Source of the DNA: a virus
Taxonomy: Duplodnaviria; Caudoviricetes
Virus record (IMG/VR): IMGVR_UViG_3300027889_000037
Span: 1-59,659 of that record
DNA: 59,659 bases
Direction: 5' to 3' (one strand)
A program made the translations under genes and the position numbers. Positions within the stretch are counted from its first letter, which is position 1. The number at the start of each line of letters is the position of its first letter. The notes under the pieces are model-generated. The model had not been told where the DNA came from, did not search any database, and worked only from the letters and a program-made list of their open reading frames with translations. Positions 7,998 through 17,692 of this stretch are shown here, piece after piece.

Positions 7998-9916
7998 TGA
8001 GTGGCGCTTGGTCGACCAAAAAGAGAGATGCTGTCGAAACGGCATTTTATCAGTTTTTGAATTGTAGCTATATAAATTCAAAGGACGCCGGCCGAATTTG
8101 TTTAGGAAAAAGTCTCTACGAAGGGCAGCGTCGCACCATCACGGAAATTTTCGACGCGCTGGAAAATGACCTTCACGACATTTACATTTTGAAAAGTCGG
8201 CAGTTGGGCATCTCGACTTTGGTTCGGGCGTTGTCTATTTTTATGATTGGCATCCATCCGGGTTTGAAGGGTGCCATCATATTTGATTCTGCTGAAAATA
8301 AGAATGAGGCGCGGGCTGAAGTGGAGGTCATGATTGAAGACCTTCCTAAAACTTTGAAATTTCCGGGCATTAAAGGCAACAATCGCAGCGGGCTAACTTT
8401 GGATAATGATGCCAAAGTTCTTTTTATGTCGGCTGGCGTGAAAAAAACCAAAACGAGCGGTACACTTGGCCGTTCGGTTGGTATCGCTTTTTCCCACGCA
8501 TCTGAAATTTGTTCGTGGGATAACGATGAGGGTTTAGAATCGTACAGGAACTCCCTATCCGACATAAACCCAGATCGTCTGTACATCTGGGAATCTACCG
8601 CACGCGGGTTCAATGCGTGGGAGACTATTTGGCAAGAAGCGCGCAATGATCCTTACCATTGCAAGTGTATTTTCTTAGGGTGGTGGTCCAAGGAAACGCA
8701 GATGATCCCGCGCGATCATCGCGATTTCAAGCTGTATGGCGAAGCACCGCCTAGTGAAGAAGAAGCGCGGAAAATTGCACAAGTCAAGGAATTGTATGGG
8801 CATCAAATTACGCCGGAACAATTGGCGTGGGCCAGAAGGAAATATGACCCTACTGCGTTGCCCGAAGGTGATGCTGAAGTAAAGTTTGAGGGCAATCCTA
8901 ATCGAGTGCAGGAACAGCCATACACGGAATCTGAGGCGTTCCAGCAAACTGGCTCCGTCTTTTTCGCTCCCGAGAAATTGACGGATCAGTTCAATGCAAA
9001 TGTAACTGATAAATTTCAAACCTATATGTATATCGTGCTGGACGAGTTCGTGTACACGCAGGTTTTGAAGGCTCCCAACGCGAAAATGGTGGAGCTTAAA
9101 GTCTGGGACGCACCCGCCGCAAACGATGGTGTGTACGTGATCGGCTGCGATCCCGCTTTCGGCACTTCCGAATCGAACGCGCGCTCGTGCATTCAGGTCT
9201 GTCGGTGTTACGCCGATGGCATAGATCAAGTGGCGGAATATGCATGGCCTTTGATCACGGCTCAACACCTCGCGTGGGTGCTGGCCAGCTTGCTGGGCTG
9301 GTACGGATCGAACAACTCGACGGTGCAATATGCTCTTGAGCTGAACGGTCCCGGCATGGCGGTATTTACGGCGCTCAAGAGCCTAAAGTTTCAATTGGAG
9401 AATGGCCAGCAGTCCAAAGAAGTGAAGGAAAAAGGGTTGCAAGACGTGTTCCGAAATGTTCGTACCTACGTCTACAATCGAGCCGATTCCATGGGCTCGG
9501 GGGCTAACTACCACATCAAAACGACCCGGCAGACGAAAAGCTCCATGCTGGAGCAGTTGCGGAACGCGGTTTCCGCTGGTAAATTGCGGATCAAGTCGGC
9601 GGAATTGCTCAAGGAGATGACGCGAGTTACGCGGGACAAGGATGATGGCGACATCATTGGCGTTCCGTCAGGCTCGAAAGACGACCGCGTTATGGCGATG
9701 GCTTTCGCGGTCCACTGCTGGGAAGAAAAAGTACGACGGACGTTGATAAATACCAATCGGACGAGAGACGCGGAAGCGGCGCGGCAGAGGTTGACCTTGA
9801 CCGATCAGGTGTACCTGTTCCAGCAGAACCAGTTGGGCCAGTTCTTCAAGGCGAAGCGGATGGAGCGATTGGTTACGGCACGCGCGCAGAATTACCGGGG
9901 CTGGAGATATCGCTAG
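7997..9916 (+). CDS. terL: Terminase large subunit
   Basis: Walker A LKSRQLGIST, Walker B FSHASE, ESTARG coupling motif, nuclease IGCDPAFG and KDDRVMA. Confidence 0.92.
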   Translation: MSGAWSTKKRDAVETAFYQFLNCSYINSKDAGRICLGKSLYEGQRRTITEIFDALENDLHDIYILKSRQLGISTLVRALSIFMIGIHPGLKGAIIFDSAENKNEARAEVEVMIEDLPKTLKFPGIKGNNRSGLTLDNDAKVLFMSAGVKKTKTSGTLGRSVGIAFSHASEICSWDNDEGLESYRNSLSDINPDRLYIWESTARGFNAWETIWQEARNDPYHCKCIFLGWWSKETQMIPRDHRDFKLYGEAPPSEEEARKIAQVKELYGHQITPEQLAWARRKYDPTALPEGDAEVKFEGNPNRVQEQPYTESEAFQQTGSVFFAPEKLTDQFNANVTDKFQTYMYIVLDEFVYTQVLKAPNAKMVELKVWDAPAANDGVYVIGCDPAFGTSESNARSCIQVCRCYADGIDQVAEYAWPLITAQHLAWVLASLLGWYGSNNSTVQYALELNGPGMAVFTALKSLKFQLENGQQSKEVKEKGLQDVFRNVRTYVYNRADSMGSGANYHIKTTRQTKSSMLEQLRNAVSAGKLRIKSAELLKEMTRVTRDKDDGDIIGVPSGSKDDRVMAMAFAVHCWEEKVRRTLINTNRTRDAEAARQRLTLTDQVYLFQQNQLGQFFKAKRMERLVTARAQNYRGWRYR

Positions 9917-10546
9917 ATGGCTCGCTTCCAAATCCGTTGCCCTGGCTGCCGCAAAGCTTTCCCGTGGGACCCGGCTATCGACCTGCCCGAGCGCTGCCCG
10001 CTCAAGGGTTGTGGCTATGTGTCTAAGAAGCGCGAACCGGAAGTAGACGAGGATGGGGTAATTGTCATCGCCGCGCCGTTCCTACGCAGCTCGACGATGA
10101 AGGCCAACGACGATTGCTACCGCCAGCTCGAAGACTCATCGCGGGTTCGCGCTCAGATGGCAGCCGAGATGGCTGGCGTGCCCGAGTCGGAGATGTCACA
10201 TCTCAAGGTAACAAACATCCGCGACACGCGAGCGGGTGAAGTGGCTGCTATGCCGATCGTGAACGACGTGACCCGGCAGATGGATTTCTTGAAGGCGCGT
10301 GGTGGTAATGTTGGGTTTGGTGCTGATGCGAGTCAGTTCGGGGCGAGCATTATGTCGGGCAGTATTGAATTGAACGGGCGTCCCTTGGTGAATGCCATAG
10401 GCCAGCCGGTTGTTGTGCAACCCAGTGCTGGAGCGCACATGCGCAAGGCGCTGCACCAGCACCACGAGACGCTAAGTCATGGCTCGGCGACGAGCGATAT
10501 GCCCGCGTTGGAGACTCAGCAGCCGGGGTATAGGAGCCGCGCTTGA
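9917..10546 (+). CDS. Hypothetical protein with N-terminal Zn-ribbon
   Basis: CPGC...CPLKGC; between terL and portal. Confidence 0.75.
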   Translation: MARFQIRCPGCRKAFPWDPAIDLPERCPLKGCGYVSKKREPEVDEDGVIVIAAPFLRSSTMKANDDCYRQLEDSSRVRAQMAAEMAGVPESEMSHLKVTNIRDTRAGEVAAMPIVNDVTRQMDFLKARGGNVGFGADASQFGASIMSGSIELNGRPLVNAIGQPVVVQPSAGAHMRKALHQHHETLSHGSATSDMPALETQQPGYRSRA

Positions 10547-12297
10547 TACTCCCTGGAGGGATTCCGAGCGACCACCAGAAGCTCATCACGCAAGTCAATG
10601 AGTGGATCGAGATTTGCCGCGTCAGCGTTGGGATGCGCAAGTCGTACTACCGCCTGCTGAACGCCATCACCGAGACCGGCAAGTACGACGGCACCAAGGC
10701 GCTCGTGAACATGATGGCGCCGAGCCTCAAACGCACAGCGGCACACCTTTTCAGTCCGGTCGAGCTGAAGTTCGCCATGAGCTTCGACCATCCGCAGCCC
10801 GATCCGACTTATTCTCGCGGCCAGCAGGTGGCAAAGCAGCTCACGTTGAATTGGGAGCGCAACGGCACTGGCAACACGTTCGGCCGCGGCACTTACGAAG
10901 CCCTAAAGTACGGCGCCGCTTTTCTCAAGCAGTGGACCGAGCGCGATTCCGAGGATCATCTTGTTCTTAAAGACCGTCTGGTGATGCCGTGGAACCTCGG
11001 TGTTTATCGCGAGGATCGCGGGCTCGACGAGCAACCGATCATCTGCGAGACGACCACGCTCACCATGCCCGAGGTGTGGCAGAAAATCTGGAAGTTTCCG
11101 AACGCTGAAGACCTTTTCAACCGGGTCAAGTCGCACACGGCTCGCGGTGATGCCGGTTCGGAGCCGAACAGCTTTTTTCATCAGGTGCTCTCCACCTCGC
11201 AACTGAATACCGGCGTGCAAGGCATGGTCAGCCCGGTGCCTGGTGGTATCGTTCAGCTCAACAGCGATCCGAACTATGCGCTGATGGGGCCGACGATCGC
11301 AGCCGAAGTGGTCGAATTCCACGAATTGTGGGTGCAGGACGAGCACGATTACATCACCATTCAGATGATCATGCCCGATATCCTCATCACACCGCTGTTC
11401 TCCCGGATTGAGAAGCGCGATGTGATGATGAAAAAGCAGAATTTGCTCGGCGCGAACAGCCGTTTGCAGCCCTATCGCATCATCCAGCCCAACGAGACGA
11501 CCGATTGGATATGGGGTCGCTCCGAATTGGTCGATGTGATCGAGCCGCAGCAGCTTCTGGCGGCGTGGTGCGACGATGCCAAGCGCCTTGTAGGCTTGCA
11601 GATAGACAAATTCCTCGGTTTTTCCGGCGAGAACGGCATGACCGACGAGCTTTACGCTCAAGCGCGCATGTCGGGCTTCATCAACCAAGGTCCGAACTCG
11701 AAAATCGAGGATTTGACGCCTAAATTCCCCGACCAACTGTTGCCGATGGTCAAATGGTTGATGGAGCAGATCAATGTGATCCTAGGTTTCCCGCCGATCA
11801 TGCAAGGCCAAGGTGAACCGGGCGTGCGCGCCGGCTCGCACGCCAACACTTTGATGAAAACCGCCTCGCCGGACTTGCGGGATCGGTCTTTGCTGGTCGA
11901 ACAGCAGTGCGCGGCTGCCGCGGACCTCACTTTGACCTTGATGGAGCTGAAGGACGACCGGTTTTACTGGACCAAGGCCGACAACCCGATCGAGGACATC
12001 GAGAAGACCAAGTTTTTGCTGTCAGACCTGCCGGATGACTGGCGCGTCACGGTCGATAGCCACTCGTCGTCGCCGATCTTCGCTGACGAGAACGCTCAAT
12101 TGGTGCTCGCGCTCAACGGACGAGGCATTGTCGATGGAGAGTACGTCATCAACAACACGGATGCCCCCAACAAGGAGACCGCTATACAGGCGTTCCGAAA
12201 GAAACAAGAAAAAGAGGCTGAGATGTTTCAGATGTTGCTTAAGGTTGACCCGGAAGCGGCGATCAAGACCCTAAAGGGTGGCGGTCACCACAAGTGA
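10543..12297 (+). CDS. Portal protein
   Basis: 584 aa after terminase, TTG start; WGRSELVDVIEPQ and MQGQGEPGVRAGSHA portal-like segments. Confidence 0.8.
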   Translation: MILPGGIPSDHQKLITQVNEWIEICRVSVGMRKSYYRLLNAITETGKYDGTKALVNMMAPSLKRTAAHLFSPVELKFAMSFDHPQPDPTYSRGQQVAKQLTLNWERNGTGNTFGRGTYEALKYGAAFLKQWTERDSEDHLVLKDRLVMPWNLGVYREDRGLDEQPIICETTTLTMPEVWQKIWKFPNAEDLFNRVKSHTARGDAGSEPNSFFHQVLSTSQLNTGVQGMVSPVPGGIVQLNSDPNYALMGPTIAAEVVEFHELWVQDEHDYITIQMIMPDILITPLFSRIEKRDVMMKKQNLLGANSRLQPYRIIQPNETTDWIWGRSELVDVIEPQQLLAAWCDDAKRLVGLQIDKFLGFSGENGMTDELYAQARMSGFINQGPNSKIEDLTPKFPDQLLPMVKWLMEQINVILGFPPIMQGQGEPGVRAGSHANTLMKTASPDLRDRSLLVEQQCAAAADLTLTLMELKDDRFYWTKADNPIEDIEKTKFLLSDLPDDWRVTVDSHSSSPIFADENAQLVLALNGRGIVDGEYVINNTDAPNKETAIQAFRKKQEKEAEMFQMLLKVDPEAAIKTLKGGGHHK

Positions 12298-12639
12298 TTA
12301 GCTTGTAAGTCCGCCATTGAACGGCGTCATCACCGCCGGTCCGCGCCGCGTAGCATTTAACGCCGGATCGCTTTGTGCTCGATGTTGCGCGGCTGCTTGA
12401 ACCCGCGTGTTGTGCAACATTAGTTCAACCTGGGCCAACTTCGCTTGATCCATGTCCTCGATGATGATGCCGTGGATCGACGTGGCCTTGATCTCGGCGT
12501 GCTGGCCGAAATCGTCGTCGATGGTCAGGTCCTGGGTGGGATGATCAGTCTTGAAATTCTTGTGGGCTTCCGCTTTTTCTTTGGTCTTGAACATGAAGCC
12601 GAGCGCGGTGGGGCCTAAGACGACAGTAACTCTGTGCAT
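12298..12639 (-). CDS. Hypothetical protein
   Basis: GAGG RBS, phage-like codon usage. Confidence 0.65.
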   Translation of the reverse strand: MHRVTVVLGPTALGFMFKTKEKAEAHKNFKTDHPTQDLTIDDDFGQHAEIKATSIHGIIIEDMDQAKLAQVELMLHNTRVQAAAQHRAQSDPALNATRRGPAVMTPFNGGLTS

Positions 12640-12647
12640 GTAATCCT

Positions 12648-12851
12648 CTAGCGGTTGTCGGTTGTCTCGCACCAGTCCTCGAACTTCTGGCGCGGTATCA
12701 GGATTTTTTTGCCGATACGTTTGATTGGGAAGCAGCCAACTTTATTTTCTCGCGCCCATTTCCAGAGTGTCCATGGACCGATGCTGAGTTCGTGCGCGGC
12801 TTCCTTGACGGTGATGAATCGACTTTTCTTTTTTGATTCGCCCGCCGGCAT
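12648..12851 (-). CDS. Excisionase/MerR-like helix-turn-helix protein
   Basis: ITVKEAAHELSIGPWTLWKW...RIGKKILIP...FEDW. Confidence 0.8.
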   Translation of the reverse strand: MPAGESKKKSRFITVKEAAHELSIGPWTLWKWARENKVGCFPIKRIGKKILIPRQKFEDWCETTDNR

Positions 12852-13011
12852 GGCAATCCTTCCAGGTAGCCCGCACCAATTTGCTATAACCAAAATACAC
12901 TATAGTTCAGAGAAGTAAACTGGGTTTTTCATGCTCTGTCGGAGGATAGTGCAGCAGTCGGTGCCTAATGGTGGGCCTGACGCGACGCAACCTCGCAACA
13001 GGGAGAACGCA

Positions 13012-13056
13012 ATGTTCACTCGCAGCAAGCGCAAGCATCGCAAGGGCCGCAAGTAA
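13012..13056 (+). CDS. 14-aa Arg/Lys-rich peptide MFTRSKRKHRKGRK
   Basis: GGGAGA RBS upstream; first ORF of head operon; stop 4 nt before next ATG. Confidence 0.6.
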   Translation: MFTRSKRKHRKGRK

Positions 13057-13060
13057 GCCC

Positions 13061-13453
13061 ATGCCTGATGGCACCCCCGGCCAAGTTCCTGGCCAACCGC
13101 AGCAACCACAAGCCCCATTCGGATCGACGCCGGCCGTTTCGCCGTCGCCGAACCGAGGCCACGAAGCGGCTGGGTTACAAAAGCTGGGGGTTGCACTTCA
13201 GAGTCTCACCGATGCACTGCCCCTGGTCGGCGCCAGCTCCGAACCGGGTCAGGCCATTCTCGACATGATCAAGAAGCTGGCCAAGTTCGTTCCGCCCGGC
13301 ACGATGACGCCGGCCGCCAACCGCAACCAGCTCGAAGCTACGGCGATGAAGCAGGGACAGAACAATCAGCAGATGCAGCAGCTCAAGGCAATGAAGGCCG
13401 GTGGCGGTGGCCAGCCTCAACCGGGCGCGCAACCGCAGCCGGCTGCCGCATGA
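13061..13453 (+). CDS. Hypothetical Pro/Gln-rich head-module protein
   Basis: ATG 13061, ATGA overlap with next ORF. Confidence 0.7.
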   Translation: MPDGTPGQVPGQPQQPQAPFGSTPAVSPSPNRGHEAAGLQKLGVALQSLTDALPLVGASSEPGQAILDMIKKLAKFVPPGTMTPAANRNQLEATAMKQGQNNQQMQQLKAMKAGGGGQPQPGAQPQPAAA

Positions 13454-13629
13454 GCATCTTCAAGACTGAAGTGCCTGAAGGAATTTGCTGCACGATGGAT
13501 CAAGTCGTGCGGACCAACAACGCGGACGACTTCAGCACCGAGAAACTGCCGTGGCTGGGTAAGGCCGCGAAGATGGATGTGCAGAATACGCAGCGCGGGG
13601 CTGTTCGAAGAAAGTCAGGAGAAAACTGA
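13450..13629 (+). CDS. Hypothetical 59-aa protein (not in ORF track)
   Basis: MSIFKTEVPEG...RRKSGEN; overlaps both neighbours (ATGA / TGATG). Confidence 0.65.
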   Translation: MSIFKTEVPEGICCTMDQVVRTNNADDFSTEKLPWLGKAAKMDVQNTQRGAVRRKSGEN

Positions 13630-13814
13630 TGGTCAATATTTTTCAGAATCCGGCTAAGACGGTCCCGATGAAAGCCGACGACCAGACCATTCGCGTCGAT
13701 CTCGACGTGAACGAGATCGGTGGCCGGAAAAGCCATCTGCCGGCTGCGGACAAGTCATCGGCACTGCCGATCAGTCACGTTCCGAACGCTGGCTCCAGCA
13801 TCGGTGGGAAGTAA
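13629..13814 (+). CDS. Hypothetical protein
   Basis: AGGAG RBS, translational coupling. Confidence 0.7.
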   Translation: MVNIFQNPAKTVPMKADDQTIRVDLDVNEIGGRKSHLPAADKSSALPISHVPNAGSSIGGK

Positions 13815-13817
13815 TCC

Positions 13818-14414
13818 ATGGCCAAGATGATCGAGGTCGATGAGACTGAGTTTGCCAACGGCCAGGAAACCATCAAGGCCGTTCGGGAGATGTTGGCCCA
13901 TCCCGACGCGGCGCTGCTCGTCGAGCGAGCGCGCAAGCTGGTGAAGCCGGACGTGCCGACCCCGCGGCTCGACGCTCACAAGCAGGCGAATGAGCCGATC
14001 GAGAAGCTTCACACCGAGATTGCCGACCTGAAGAAGTCGCTCGCCGACAAGGAAGCCGAGAACGAGAAGAACGCCAAGCTGTCCGCACTCGCCAAGCGGG
14101 TCGAGGACGGCAACAGCGCGTTGCTCCGCGAAGGTTGGACCAAAGACGGCCTCAAGGCACTCGACGAATTCCGCGAGAAGGAAGGCATTCTCGATCCGAT
14201 CCATGCCGCTGCTGTGTACGAGAAATTGCACGGCTCGCAGGTCGCACCGGTTACGCCGTCCAGCCACACGGGCGGCTGGGACTTCACGCAGCCTTCGACG
14301 CAGGACGAGGACTACACCAAAAAGCTCTTGGAGACTCGCGGCGAGAGCGAGTCGCTTGTCATGCAGCAGGCGAACAAATCGCTGATGGATTTTCGCGGCA
14401 ACAACCGGCGCTGA
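13818..14414 (+). CDS. Putative capsid scaffolding protein
   Basis: Charged coiled-coil protein immediately upstream of the capsid gene. Confidence 0.7.
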   Translation: MAKMIEVDETEFANGQETIKAVREMLAHPDAALLVERARKLVKPDVPTPRLDAHKQANEPIEKLHTEIADLKKSLADKEAENEKNAKLSALAKRVEDGNSALLREGWTKDGLKALDEFREKEGILDPIHAAAVYEKLHGSQVAPVTPSSHTGGWDFTQPSTQDEDYTKKLLETRGESESLVMQQANKSLMDFRGNNRR

Positions 14415-14440
14415 GCCAGTTTCTGATATAGGAGGCTACC

Positions 14441-15481
14441 ATTCCGCTCCCAGGCATAGGTGTTGCCCCCGCAGCAGGCGGGTTGTATACCGAGCTTGCT
14501 GCAACCACAAGACGCGCATTCGTTCCGCGTTTGTTCGTGCAAATTTATTTCGGAAGCCCCACGCTTTTCTACATGATGGGCAACGCCCAGAAAGCTGCGG
14601 GCGGCCTCAACCAAATCACCGTACCCATGCAAGCGCAAAGCATGGTTCAAGGCCAGTTCACTGGCTACGGTGGCGGCTTCAACTCACCGCAGATCATTCC
14701 CGCGATTCAGAACGGCCAATGGAATCTGGCGTACTGGGTCGTGCCGGTCCCGCTGCCCTTCGGTGAAACGATCATCCAGGCAACCGACCGCGAGATCAGC
14801 CTGCTCAAAGCTCGCATGAACGACGTTGCGGCGGTGACCAAGCAGAATTTCGCCAATCTGCTGTTCACCAACAACACCGCGAACTCGCTCTACCCGAACA
14901 GCTTCTACGATGCGTTTGACGACGGCACGAACGTTCCGAATTACGGCGGCATCAACCGCAACGCGCAGGGCAATACGGCCTTCAAGGGCCAGTACATCAA
15001 CACCAACAACGCCGCGCTGTTCTCCTTCTCGTCCGGCTTCACGCGCCAGAATATGGCAACGATGCTGTCCTACATCACCAACCAGGCCGGCGGCGAAGCG
15101 CCGACCTTCGTGGTCATGTCGCCCGGCGATTACGCGACGCTGAACCTGTCGTTCATTGGAACGGAAAACACGTACATCGTGCCGGGCAATACCTACACGA
15201 TGGATACCGCGGTACGGTCGAGCTTCCCGAACCTCAACGTCTCGGGCATCCCGATCTTTCAGGATCACTTCTGTCCGACCGGTACGGCCTACGCGATCAG
15301 CACCAAATACACCGCGATGTATTTGTCCGAGGATGCCGCGTTCGACTTCAGCGGGTTCTACTCGCTGGTGCCTTTGGGGCAGATCGGTCAGCAAGGCGTC
15401 GTGGTCGTCGGCTACGATGTGGTGTCCGCGAAGTCGGTGTCCGGCGCGCACATTTACAACATCCAGAACAACCAGTTCTAA
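14441..15481 (+). CDS. Major capsid protein (probable ATT start at 14441)
   Basis: Position after scaffold, ~345 aa, YGGINR motif; AGGAGG lies 5 nt before in-frame ATT. Confidence 0.85.
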   Translation: MPLPGIGVAPAAGGLYTELAATTRRAFVPRLFVQIYFGSPTLFYMMGNAQKAAGGLNQITVPMQAQSMVQGQFTGYGGGFNSPQIIPAIQNGQWNLAYWVVPVPLPFGETIIQATDREISLLKARMNDVAAVTKQNFANLLFTNNTANSLYPNSFYDAFDDGTNVPNYGGINRNAQGNTAFKGQYINTNNAALFSFSSGFTRQNMATMLSYITNQAGGEAPTFVVMSPGDYATLNLSFIGTENTYIVPGNTYTMDTAVRSSFPNLNVSGIPIFQDHFCPTGTAYAISTKYTAMYLSEDAAFDFSGFYSLVPLGQIGQQGVVVVGYDVVSAKSVSGAHIYNIQNNQF

Positions 15482-15493
15482 GGAGAGACCAAC

Positions 15494-16642
15494 GTGAATC
15501 AGCCTCTCGCAGGTCCGGGCCTTGGACTGCCGCCGCCCCAAAACCTGTATCCTTCCGAACTGAACAACGCGCCCTACGATTTCGCGACCAACCACGTTTG
15601 CCTCGCGCCCGGCGAGAACATCGTCATTCCGGCGGGCGATTGGTTCCTCGGCATGGGCGGGTATTTGGTCCTTCAATGGCGCGACCCGATCACCAATCTG
15701 TGGGTCTTCGGTTCTGGCGGCGCCTACAATCGCACCAAGTTCGTCAAGAGCGACGGTTTCAACGTTCGCATCGCAAACCTGACGGGCTGTCCGGTATCGG
15801 CGTTCATCGCCAGCCAGGGCTCGGCTTACGTCCAGTCCACGACGACTGTGACCGCGACCGGCGGCACCTCGACCTGGCAGCCGATCGTTGGCGGCGCGCT
15901 CGCGTTTGTCGGCGGCTCGGTGGCTTCGGTCGGCGGTGGCTATGGCATCGCACCGCTGTTGATCATCCCGGCACCGCCCGGCCCCTCGAATAACGCGAAT
16001 GGCGTTGGCGGCGTGGCGGCGTCCGGTTATGTCGGTATCTCCAGCGGCACGGTTGTTCTGACCGGTGTGACTTTCACCAATCAGGGCGCCGGCTATCCGA
16101 CCGCGCCTGCTAACATCGCACTGTTGCCGGTGCCGACCGATCCGAACCTCTCGGTCGGTATCACGCTCGCCACTGTCGCGTTCAGTCTGACCAATTCGGG
16201 CCTCCTGACCGCGGTGCTCTGCACCAATCCGGGCGCTCCGCTCGCCACGCCGACCGCCATCACCTTGGCGGTGACCGGCGCGGGCGTGACCGGCACGGTG
16301 TCGGCGGTGGTCATGCAGACCATCACGGCGGCGTCCGTGGCTGGTGCGGGTATTGGTTATGCGGCGTCCTCGCCGGTCATCACGGCCGGTGGCGTGCCGT
16401 CGCAGGGCACCATCACCGGTTCGCCGAACAACAAGTACCTGTCGTGGTTCCCGCGGCCGGCGAACATTGCCATCACTGGTTCGACGCAGGGTGCTCCCGG
16501 CACGATCTACGACGGCGGCTTGTTCCTCGCTGCGCCCATTGCTTCGTGGCCGCCGACACTTGGCGCCACCGGCACCGTTGGCACCGTCTCGCTGGTCATG
16601 GGTAGCGCGCCCGATATCGCGGTCATCCAGCCGGCTCCGTAA
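15494..16642 (+). CDS. Virion structural protein (decoration/minor capsid-like)
   Basis: AAGGAG RBS; Gly/Thr-rich beta repeats (QGSAY, GGGY, QGAGY). Confidence 0.7.
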   Translation: MNQPLAGPGLGLPPPQNLYPSELNNAPYDFATNHVCLAPGENIVIPAGDWFLGMGGYLVLQWRDPITNLWVFGSGGAYNRTKFVKSDGFNVRIANLTGCPVSAFIASQGSAYVQSTTTVTATGGTSTWQPIVGGALAFVGGSVASVGGGYGIAPLLIIPAPPGPSNNANGVGGVAASGYVGISSGTVVLTGVTFTNQGAGYPTAPANIALLPVPTDPNLSVGITLATVAFSLTNSGLLTAVLCTNPGAPLATPTAITLAVTGAGVTGTVSAVVMQTITAASVAGAGIGYAASSPVITAGGVPSQGTITGSPNNKYLSWFPRPANIAITGSTQGAPGTIYDGGLFLAAPIASWPPTLGATGTVGTVSLVMGSAPDIAVIQPAP

Positions 16643-16893
16643 TGGCGACGTACTCGCTGAGCGCAACGGGGGTCGTGGCGGGCGGGTTTCAGTTGAACAC
16701 CGCCAAGATCTACGACATCCCCGATCTTAGCTCGTCGAGCGTCATGACCGGCGTGGACGAGGGTCGCAAGCAGGCCATGCGGCTTGGCGATCCGATCTTG
16801 GTCAAGCAGCCGGACGGGTCGCAGCGGTGGATGAAGCTTGACGCCGAGCGATCGACGGGGGCAGCCCCCATTCTCGTGCCGGTGGGGCCGTGA
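16642..16893 (+). CDS. Hypothetical virion-module protein
   Basis: TAATG coupling. Confidence 0.65.
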   Translation: MATYSLSATGVVAGGFQLNTAKIYDIPDLSSSSVMTGVDEGRKQAMRLGDPILVKQPDGSQRWMKLDAERSTGAAPILVPVGP

Positions 16894-16918
16894 TATAACG
16901 CGGCAGAGGTAGCTTGCC

Positions 16919-17692
16919 GTGTTGACTCAATATCTCACGCTTACGCAGAACTTGCTTCAGGCGCCGGGTGCGCCTGTCTCGCTGTATCCTACGGCGTTGC
17001 TCACGTCATATGTGAATATTGCCCGCGGTCAAGTGGCCGGTGAGGGTCGCTGCGTTCGTGCAATTGGCACGATCTCGACGGTGATCGGGCAGCGTGCGTA
17101 TAATTTTTCCGGCATTAGTTTTGGAACGGTAGCTACCACCGGCATCCAAGGTGCGATCAACGTTCGCCGGATTCAATACGTAGTGGGGCAAGGCCAAAAA
17201 TGGGTGAAGGGCAAGAGTTGGCCTTGGTACGACTTCCAACGGTTTAACAACCCTGTTCCAGTAAATGGGGCACCGACCGAATGGGCGCAGTATGGTCAGG
17301 GATCGGCAGGCGAAGGTTCGATTACGGGTGTTGGGACCGGCACAATGTCGAGCGGCAGCTTTTACATTGATCCTCCACCGGACATGGTTTATCAATTGAA
17401 TTGCGATTGTGTTTGTTATCCGCAGGCGCTTGCCGCCGATACCGATGTTGAAGCACTTCCATATCTTTTTACAGATTCAGTAAGCTACTTTGCCGCGTAT
17501 CTAGCGCTCATGTCTGCACAGACCTCGACGCGCATACAGCAGGCTCAACAGTTGTTCGCGTTGTACGAACAGTTCATGGCTCGTGCGCGAGACTTCTCTA
17601 ATCCCGATCTTAATAACTTTGCGTTCGAGCAGAGCCAAGACCCAACTAAGGCGAATCGATTTGGTTCGAGCGGAGGCACCCGTGCTCAATAG
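16919..17692 (+). CDS. Putative head-tail adaptor protein
   Basis: Position; LTSYVNIARGQVA...YIDPPPD..YQLNCDC...YFAAYLA. Confidence 0.65.
   Translation: MLTQYLTLTQNLLQAPGAPVSLYPTALLTSYVNIARGQVAGEGRCVRAIGTISTVIGQRAYNFSGISFGTVATTGIQGAINVRRIQYVVGQGQKWVKGKSWPWYDFQRFNNPVPVNGAPTEWAQYGQGSAGEGSITGVGTGTMSSGSFYIDPPPDMVYQLNCDCVCYPQALAADTDVEALPYLFTDSVSYFAAYLALMSAQTSTRIQQAQQLFALYEQFMARARDFSNPDLNNFAFEQSQDPTKANRFGSSGGTRAQ

Noticed and set aside
14684-16666. 660-aa minus-strand ORF
   Set aside because: Antisense shadow of the GC3-rich capsid and decoration genes; Arg/Gly-rich, no motifs
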